Shown here: positions 57,760 to 64,000 of the stretch, piece by piece | Numbering within the stretch: the first letter of the stretch is position 1 | Layout: every line of letters starts with the position of its first letter | Assembly: GCA_001778985.1 (NCBI GenBank) | Contig: MFIU01000001.1 | Span: 190,934-254,933, forward strand | Length of the DNA stretch: 64,000 nt | Direction of reading: 5' to 3' | From: Candidatus Giovannonibacteria bacterium RIFOXYD1_FULL_48_21 | Lineage (GTDB): Bacteria > Patescibacteriota > Minisyncoccia > JACPKW01 > UBA11713 | The notes under the pieces: model-generated | Seen by the model: only the letters and a program-made list of their open reading frames with translations | What the model was told of the DNA's origin: nothing | Database searches by the model: none | Position numbers and translations under genes: made by a program

Positions 57760-59727
57760 ATGGCAAAAAAAGCGAAGAAAAATAAGGCCGCCCGGGCAGG
57801 GGGGCAAGGGGGGAACAATTCCAATAATTACACCGCCAAAGACATCTATGTTTTGGAGGGACTTGAGCCTGTCCGCAAGCGGCCCGGGATGTACATCGGG
57901 ACGACAGGAATTGACGGCCTGCATCATTTGATTTGGGAAGTCGTAGACAACTCGCTCGACGAGGCCATGTCCGGGTACGCGAAAAGTATTCTCGTAACCC
58001 TTTTGCCAAAAAATCGAGTGCGGGTCGTGGATGACGGCCGCGGGATTCCGGTTGAGACCCACAAGCAGACAAAAAAATCCGCGCTCGAAACCGTGATGAC
58101 GACTCTCCACGCCGGAGGGAAATTCGGCGGTGAGAGTTACAAAGTTTCCGGAGGTCTTCACGGCGTGGGGGTTTCGGTGGTCAACGCCCTTTCGAAATAT
58201 TTGGTCGCAGAGGTCTGCCGCGACGGAGAGAGATGGCAACAGGAATATGAACGGGGCGAACCCTTGGCCAAAGTCAAGAAAATCGGAAGCTGTAAAGGTT
58301 CAGGTACGGCGATTACTTTTGAGCCTGATTCTGAAATTTTTCGAGAAATCCGCTTTGATTTGGATACTATTCTGGAGCATCTGCGACAGCAAGCCTATTT
58401 GACTCCGGGAGTAAAAATCCAAATCAAAGATGAGCGCGAAAAAGAAGAACATTTGCACCAATTCTATACTTTTTATTTCGAATCCGGCATTCGCTCCTAT
58501 GTTACGTATTTGAACCGCGACCATAAAGCCAAGCACGATGATATTTTCTATGTTGGGAAAGAGTACGAGAAGATTCAGGTGGAGGTTGCACTTCAATATA
58601 TTGATGACCTTTCAACGCGGGAGCTCGCGTTCGCGAACAACATCTACAATCCCGAGGGCGGAACGCATCTTACCGGTTTTCGTTCAGCTCTGACGCGCGT
58701 TCTTAACGACTACGCCCGCAAAAACAGCTATCTTAAAGAAAAAGACAGCTTGACCGGAGAAGATGTCCGCGAAGGCCTGACCGCCGTGATTTCAGTGAAA
58801 ATCGTTACCGCCCAGCTTCAGTTTGAAGGCCAAACCAAGGCCAAGCTCGGAAATCCGGAAGCGCGGACCGCGGTGGAAAGCGTTTTCGGCGAAGCTTTCG
58901 CGGATTTTCTTGAACAAAATCCTTCTCAAGCCCGCGCGATTTTGGAGAAAGTCATTTTAGCTCTGGAGGCGCGAAAAGCCGCTAAGGCCGCGAAGGACAC
59001 GGTTTTGAGAAAAGGGATTTTAGAAGGATTGACTCTGCCGGGCAAACTCGCGGACTGCCAGTCGCGAAAACCCGAGGAGTCGGAGATTTTCGTGGTGGAG
59101 GGGGACAGCGCGGGTGGCTCGGCCAAGCAGGCGCGCGACCGGAGGTTCCAGGCCATTTTGCCTTTGCGCGGAAAAATTTTGAACGTGGAGCGGGCGCGTT
59201 TGGACAAAATGCTTGCTTCCAAGGAAATCAAAGCGCTTATCATCGCGCTCGGGGCGGCGATCGCGGATGAGCTCGACATCTCCAAAATCCGCTACCACAA
59301 AGTGGTGATTATGACGGACGCGGACGTGGACGGAGCGCACATCCGGACGCTTTTGCTGACTTTGTTTTACCGTTATTATCTTCCGGTCATCGAGGCGGGA
59401 TATTTATACATAGCCCAGCCGCCTTTATACCGAATTGCCAAAGGCAAAGAGGTTCGCTATGCCTATTCCGATGAAGAGAAAGCGCGGGTGGTGAAAGAAA
59501 TGAAAGAGAACGTTTCCATCCAGCGCTACAAGGGGCTCGGCGAGATGAATCCTTCCCAGCTTTGGGAAACCACTATGGATCCGGCCGTTCGGATTTTAAA
59601 ACAGGTTACGATCGGCGATGCGGCCGAAGCTTCCAAAACGTTCGAGATTTTAATGGGCGACGAAGTCGCCCCGAGAAAGTTGTTTATCCAGACCCACGCC
59701 AGAGCCGTTCAGAATTTGGATGTGTAA
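57760..59727 (+). CDS. gyrB: DNA gyrase subunit B
   Basis: RKRPGMYIG, EVVDNSLDE, GGLHGVG, VEGDSAGGSA, PLRGK, MTDADVDG, QRYKGLGEM. Confidence 0.96.
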   Translation: MAKKAKKNKAARAGGQGGNNSNNYTAKDIYVLEGLEPVRKRPGMYIGTTGIDGLHHLIWEVVDNSLDEAMSGYAKSILVTLLPKNRVRVVDDGRGIPVETHKQTKKSALETVMTTLHAGGKFGGESYKVSGGLHGVGVSVVNALSKYLVAEVCRDGERWQQEYERGEPLAKVKKIGSCKGSGTAITFEPDSEIFREIRFDLDTILEHLRQQAYLTPGVKIQIKDEREKEEHLHQFYTFYFESGIRSYVTYLNRDHKAKHDDIFYVGKEYEKIQVEVALQYIDDLSTRELAFANNIYNPEGGTHLTGFRSALTRVLNDYARKNSYLKEKDSLTGEDVREGLTAVISVKIVTAQLQFEGQTKAKLGNPEARTAVESVFGEAFADFLEQNPSQARAILEKVILALEARKAAKAAKDTVLRKGILEGLTLPGKLADCQSRKPEESEIFVVEGDSAGGSAKQARDRRFQAILPLRGKILNVERARLDKMLASKEIKALIIALGAAIADELDISKIRYHKVVIMTDADVDGAHIRTLLLTLFYRYYLPVIEAGYLYIAQPPLYRIAKGKEVRYAYSDEEKARVVKEMKENVSIQRYKGLGEMNPSQLWETTMDPAVRILKQVTIGDAAEASKTFEILMGDEVAPRKLFIQTHARAVQNLDV

Positions 59728-59785
59728 ACTTGACTTTTTTGTTTTTATAGATTAATCTTTAATTTAAAGAAAGGAGGGTTCAAAG

Positions 59786-60076
59786 ATGTTTGACATTTTT
59801 AACCTGCAGAGCCTCGCGGTGGGGCTTTTCCTGGGCATCGCCTTCATGTTTTTCTTGGGATGGTTGCGAAACCGGAATGAACTCGGTGATATTCACATCG
59901 AGGTTTCTCCTAATCTGAAAGAGGTCAACATACGCCTCCCCGATTTAAAGGGTTTCAAGGGGATATCGGAAGAGGACCGACGCCGCGCCCGCCTTATTCT
60001 GGCCTCGGCAATTAACAAGCTGTCAAGGGCTATACAGAATCTGGAGAACGGATTTCGGTACGAATACACTATGTAA
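59786..60076 (+). CDS. Hypothetical membrane-anchored protein
   Basis: N-terminal TM; strong SD AAAGGAGG. Confidence 0.65.
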   Translation: MFDIFNLQSLAVGLFLGIAFMFFLGWLRNRNELGDIHIEVSPNLKEVNIRLPDLKGFKGISEEDRRRARLILASAINKLSRAIQNLENGFRYEYTM

Positions 60077-60103
60077 AATCAGAGCGGAGAAAGGAGAGGA
60101 AAG

Positions 60104-60391
60104 ATGGCCGAGATGAAGATCGTGGGCGACGGCGAGGTGCTTATAAGATTGGAGAGGCGCCTCGCGCCGGCAGTTCAGTTCCAGCTTGGAAGGATAATCC
60201 CCACTCCTCCCAAGGACTGCAAGGTCACGCCATGTCGGGACGAAGGATATTGCGCCTATCGCATAACCTTCAAAAAGTTCAGCGAAGGCGTGAGGCGGTA
60301 TTTAGTGTCAGTGGCTCTGGATATTGGGGACTGGACGGGGGAGACCATCCATGGCATGGGGCCAACAATTGATGCCCTAAAGGCTGCCTAG
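60104..60391 (+). CDS. Hypothetical protein
   Basis: 95-aa ORF with SD AAAGGAG. Confidence 0.6.
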   Translation: MAEMKIVGDGEVLIRLERRLAPAVQFQLGRIIPTPPKDCKVTPCRDEGYCAYRITFKKFSEGVRRYLVSVALDIGDWTGETIHGMGPTIDALKAA

Positions 60392-60408
60392 GGCTCTGCA
60401 GGTCCAAG

Positions 60409-60444
60409 AAAAAAGGGAGTGGTACTTGATATCACCCCTTTTTT
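60409..60444. terminator. Putative terminator
   Basis: AAAAAAGGGAGTGGTAC-TT-GATATCACCCCTTTTTTT, imperfect stem with A and T tracts. Confidence 0.6.
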
Positions 60445-60532
60445 TATTTGACTTTTCTTTTTACTTTGCTACCCTTAATTTAAGCCCTCTGGGGCTTTTA
60501 AAAATCCCCGCCAAAGGCGGGCAAGCCCAAAA

Positions 60533-60724
60533 ATGAATCTATTTCAAAAACTTATCAATTATTTCAAGGAAACCCGGCAGGAGATGCGCCACGTCAATTG
60601 GCCCACGCGCCAAAACACGATTCGCTTCACGCTTTTGGTCGTAGGCGTTTCGGTCGCGGTGGCGGCCCTTCTGGGCCTTCTGGACATTCTTTTCCAATTT
60701 TTATTGAATAGGTTTGTTTTGTAA
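60533..60724 (+). CDS. secE: Preprotein translocase subunit SecE
   Basis: EMRHVNWPTR plus one TM; before nusG. Confidence 0.93.
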   Translation: MNLFQKLINYFKETRQEMRHVNWPTRQNTIRFTLLVVGVSVAVAALLGLLDILFQFLLNRFVL

Positions 60725-60726
60725 TT

Positions 60727-61272
60727 ATGGCGAAGCAGACTGCGGAATTCGGAAAAAACTGGTACGCGGTGCATACTTATTCAGGATACGAGGACGCCGT
60801 AGCCAGAAATTTGAGGCAAAGAATTGAATCTTTGGGCATGGAAGATAAAATTTTTAACGTTCTGGTCCCGATTGAGAAGAAAATAAAAATCAAGGGCGGC
60901 AAGCGCCGGACCGTGGAGGAAAAAATTTATCCCGGCTATGTTTTGGTGGAGATGACGGTTACTGACGATTCCTGGTACGTGGTTCGAAACACTCCGCGGG
61001 TGACGGGCTTTGTCGGCTCCGGAACCACGCCCACTCCTCTATCCCGGGAAGAAGTGGATAATCTTTTCCGGCGGATGGGCGAGGCCGAGCCGAAATTCAG
61101 AGTGGATGTTTCGGTGGGAGACGTGGTCAGGATTACCGACGGCCCTTTCAAAGAATTTGAGGGCAAAGTGAGCGAAGTGGATGAAGAGCGTGGCAAGATT
61201 AAAGTTTTGGTTTCGATGTTCGGCCGGGAAACCCCGGTGGAGCTCGATTTCCTCCAGGTGAAAAAGCTCTAA
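60727..61272 (+). CDS. nusG: Transcription factor NusG
   Basis: [36 protein letters not shown]. Confidence 0.97.
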   Translation: MAKQTAEFGKNWYAVHTYSGYEDAVARNLRQRIESLGMEDKIFNVLVPIEKKIKIKGGKRRTVEEKIYPGYVLVEMTVTDDSWYVVRNTPRVTGFVGSGTTPTPLSREEVDNLFRRMGEAEPKFRVDVSVGDVVRITDGPFKEFEGKVSEVDEERGKIKVLVSMFGRETPVELDFLQVKKL

Positions 61273-61274
61273 TC

Positions 61275-61700
61275 ATGGCAAAAGCAATAAAAACAATTTT
61301 GAAGCTGCAGCTTCCGGCTGGAAAAGCTACGCCGGCCCCTCCGGTGGGGACGGCCCTCGGTCCGCACGGGATTAATATCGGTGAGTTTGTCAAAAAATTC
61401 AACGACGCGACCGCCGACAAGGGCGGCGAGATTATTCCGGCTGAAATTACGATTTATGAAGACCGGACCTTCACTTTTGTCCTGAAAACTCCGCCGGCTT
61501 CGGATTTGCTCCGAAGGGCGGCCGGAGTCGAGAAAGGTTCCGGCTCGCCGCTCAAGGAAAAGGTAGGCAAAGTTACGCGTTCTCAAATTCGCGAGATTGC
61601 CGAGAAAAAAATGGAAGACCTGAACGCGAACGACATTGAAGCCGCCATAAAGATAGTGGAGGGCTCTGCCCGTTCCATGGGAATTGAGGTAGTTGATTAA
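61275..61700 (+). CDS. rplK: 50S ribosomal protein L11
   Basis: [28 protein letters not shown]. Confidence 0.97.
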   Translation: MAKAIKTILKLQLPAGKATPAPPVGTALGPHGINIGEFVKKFNDATADKGGEIIPAEITIYEDRTFTFVLKTPPASDLLRRAAGVEKGSGSPLKEKVGKVTRSQIREIAEKKMEDLNANDIEAAIKIVEGSARSMGIEVVD

Positions 61701-61726
61701 GCTAAATCTTTAGATAAGATTAGGAT

Positions 61727-62836
61727 ATGGCGAAACTTGGCACCCTTCCGTGCCAGATGATAAATGAAATGGTCAAAGCCGGCCATATCCAGAATGTCTT
61801 AGAACAAAACATACGTCCGGCTTCGGTGGATTTACGTCTTTCCGAGGAATTTTATCGCGTGGACGGAGTTTTTCTGCCCCGGCCCGGAGAATCCGTACGG
61901 GAAATTATCTCTAAAATGGGCGCTTCTCTTCATGATTTAAATTATCCCCTAGAAAGAGGCACGACCTACTTGGCTCGCCTGGAAGAGAGTTTAAAACTTC
62001 CTCCGGATATCTATGCTTACTGCAATCCAAAATCCAGCACAGGGAGAAACGATATTCACGTGCGGGTGATTGCCGACCGCATTTCGCGCTATGATACGGT
62101 AGCACCGGCGGGATATGCGGGTGAACTTTGGATGGCCGTTGAACCGCGTTCTTTTCCCATCAAACTTAAACCTGGAGTGTCTTTGAGCCAAATCCGTTTT
62201 TTCAACCACGATACTCGTTTTGATGAAAAAGAATTGGAATTCTTTTGTGAAAGGGATAAACTGCTCTGGTATAAAGGCAGTCCTCTTTCCTATGAGGAAA
62301 TAAAAATCAAGGATTACGACGGCTCTCTGATTCTCACGATAGATTTAAGCGGGGAGATGGCTGGCTATGAATGCCGCGGCTCAAGCAAAGTTTTAGATTT
62401 TACGGCCAAGGATAGATACCTGCCGGAAGAGTTTTTCGAACCTTTAAGAATTTCTGGCAAAACCGCCCTTCTGAAAAAGGACAGTTTCTATATTCTCCGC
62501 ACGCGGGAAGCCGTGAGGGTTCCTCTGCATTTTTCTTCGGAAATTGTTCCGATGGACGAGCGTTCCGGGGAATTTCGCACCCACTACGCGGGATTTTTCG
62601 ATCCGGGCTGGGGCTGGGGTGCGTCCGGAGAGGGCAAGGGCCGGGTAGCGGTTTTGGAAATTCGCCCCTTTTCAGACGTCATTCTTCGCGATAACCAGCC
62701 GGTGGCGAAATTTAGATTTGAGAAAATGATCGAAGCTCCCACCGCAAGTTACGACTCCCTTCCCGATTCTTCCTATAATTCTCAACGCGAAGAGATTCTG
62801 CCGCGTCTTTCCAAGCATTTCAAAGTCGCGGTATGA
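61727..62836 (+). CDS. dcd: dCTP deaminase, long two-domain form
   Basis: PASVDLRL, NPKSSTGR, GEFRTHYAGFFDPGWG. Confidence 0.85.
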   Translation: MAKLGTLPCQMINEMVKAGHIQNVLEQNIRPASVDLRLSEEFYRVDGVFLPRPGESVREIISKMGASLHDLNYPLERGTTYLARLEESLKLPPDIYAYCNPKSSTGRNDIHVRVIADRISRYDTVAPAGYAGELWMAVEPRSFPIKLKPGVSLSQIRFFNHDTRFDEKELEFFCERDKLLWYKGSPLSYEEIKIKDYDGSLILTIDLSGEMAGYECRGSSKVLDFTAKDRYLPEEFFEPLRISGKTALLKKDSFYILRTREAVRVPLHFSSEIVPMDERSGEFRTHYAGFFDPGWGWGASGEGKGRVAVLEIRPFSDVILRDNQPVAKFRFEKMIEAPTASYDSLPDSSYNSQREEILPRLSKHFKVAV

Positions 62837-63435
62837 ACCGAAAGCCGCCGTTCATTGTTTTTGAGGGCTTGGACGGGTCGGGTCATTCCACCCAGGCGGA
62901 CTTGCTTAAAAATTTTTTGGAAAAGAGAGGTCGAAAAATTCTTTTGACCAAAGAGCCGACTTTGGATAGCGCGGCCGGAAGAAAAATCAGAAAAACCCTA
63001 GAGCATAAAATAAAATTAAATCCAAAAGAGCTGCAGGATCTCTTCACCAAAGACCGGGCTCAGCACCTCAAAAAAACAATTCTTCCGGCGCTGAAACGCG
63101 GTCAATTTGTTATCTCCGACCGATATTTCTTCTCTACTTTCGCCTTTGGAGCCGCGAGCGGCGTGAATCTCCCTTATCTTATTCGGCAGAATAAAAAATT
63201 TCTGCACCCTGACATAACTTTTATTTTGGATGTAAAGCCCCAAACATCTATTTTCAGAATCGAGAAAAGGGGCAAACCCAAGGAACTTTTTGAGAAAATA
63301 GAAAAACTTTCCAAGGTGCGCGAAGTTTACCGGAGCTTTCCAAAAAAATTCAAAAATGTTTATATGATAAATGGAGAAAAGAGCATTGGCGAGGTCTTTA
63401 AACAAATTAAGAGGAGGATAATGGATTATGGATAA
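62833..63435 (+). CDS. tmk: Thymidylate kinase
   Basis: FIVFEGLDGSGHSTQ, KEP, DRAQH, ISDRY; P-loop Lys reads His. Confidence 0.9.
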   Translation: MNRKPPFIVFEGLDGSGHSTQADLLKNFLEKRGRKILLTKEPTLDSAAGRKIRKTLEHKIKLNPKELQDLFTKDRAQHLKKTILPALKRGQFVISDRYFFSTFAFGAASGVNLPYLIRQNKKFLHPDITFILDVKPQTSIFRIEKRGKPKELFEKIEKLSKVREVYRSFPKKFKNVYMINGEKSIGEVFKQIKRRIMDYG

Positions 63436-64000
63436 CTTACGCTACGCGCCGAATTTTTCAAGTCCGGAAGAATGGTCAGAGCGGGACCGCTACTATTTGG
63501 CGCCCTTTGTCACCAGTATGGACGGTTTGGTTTCGGTCTTGAGAAATCTGCCGCCGGAGTTGGCAGGCGCGCTTTGTTCGCGCGCGAGCCGCGCCTCAGA
63601 TTCGCTTCTGCGGGTATTGCTGAAAGAGTACATCTATCCGGTGCTGGAAGGGGAAGACAAAGAGCTCGCGGCCGAATTGGAGGAGGTGGTTGCCTTTTTT
63701 CACGCCCATGGCCTAAAATCCGTCCTTAACAACAAAAAAGCCCAGCAATTCTACGCGAAGTGGCTCGCGGCCTACGGCGATGATTCCATCGCGCAGATGG
63801 CCGGAAGTTATTTGGTCATGTGGGGTATCTCGCAGGTGAGCATGAAGTTCATCGAGGATTTTCGGATTGGCCTTGCCCCAATCGAAAAATCCACGCGCTA
63901 CGTCGATTTTTCAAAAAAAACGGGAAGCAAATATCTCTACTACACCGACCCCGATATCAAAGAAGCGGGTCTCGAGAAAGAATATACGTCGGTGATGGAT
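63428..64000 (+). CDS. thyX: FAD-dependent thymidylate synthase-like protein (3'-truncated by window edge)
   Basis: Manual translation from ATG 63428: NLPPELAGALCSRASR, YGDDSIAQ, EKSTRYVDF; lies in the dcd-tmk cluster. Confidence 0.75.
   Translation, partial: MDNLRYAPNFSSPEEWSERDRYYLAPFVTSMDGLVSVLRNLPPELAGALCSRASRASDSLLRVLLKEYIYPVLEGEDKELAAELEEVVAFFHAHGLKSVLNNKKAQQFYAKWLAAYGDDSIAQMAGSYLVMWGISQVSMKFIEDFRIGLAPIEKSTRYVDFSKKTGSKYLYYTDPDIKEAGLEKEYTSVMD

Noticed and set aside
57700-57760. Replication origin upstream of gyrB
   Set aside because: Only one imperfect DnaA box (TGTGGATTA), no box cluster and no dnaA/dnaN.
57786-57815. GC-rich stretch in the gyrB N-terminus (AARAGGQGG) as a hairpin insertion
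   Set aside because: No clean stem-plus-tail structure; could be an ordinary flexible extension.

Overview
A gene-dense chromosomal segment read with genetic code 11. It looks like a Patescibacteria (CPR, Parcubacteria-like) genome: rplK has no rplA behind it, PheRS is single-chain, and it carries tRNA-Ile(UAU), tRNA-Arg(GCG) and a full comF/type IV pilus locus. Housekeeping genes include metG, leuS, glyA, folD, parB, rel, topA, dprA, ftsH, recG, ligA, gatCA, gyrB, secE-nusG-rplK and dcd-tmk-thyX. There are also 8 tRNAs, three toxin-antitoxin-like pairs, an ECF sigma/anti-sigma pair and a small polyamine module. The most striking signal is a layer of tiny, apparently mobile DNA. (1) Two small GIY-YIG nuclease genes each sit between a displaced 5' tRNA fragment and an intact downstream tRNA; the dead fragments are interrupted by hairpins, three of exactly 19 nt in the Leu case. 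(2) The same hairpin+4-nt-tail family recurs in intergenic DNA and in-frame inside folD, recG and pilD. (3) A REP-associated tyrosine transposase has GAAGTCSGACTTC palindromes that are also inserted in-frame twice in recG. (4) A CCCGTTAGA inverted-repeat element twice sits exactly at a stop/start gene junction. (5) Short 7-bp-period repeats occur in-frame in several core genes. All calls come from reading the sequence and the ORF track; no database searches were run.
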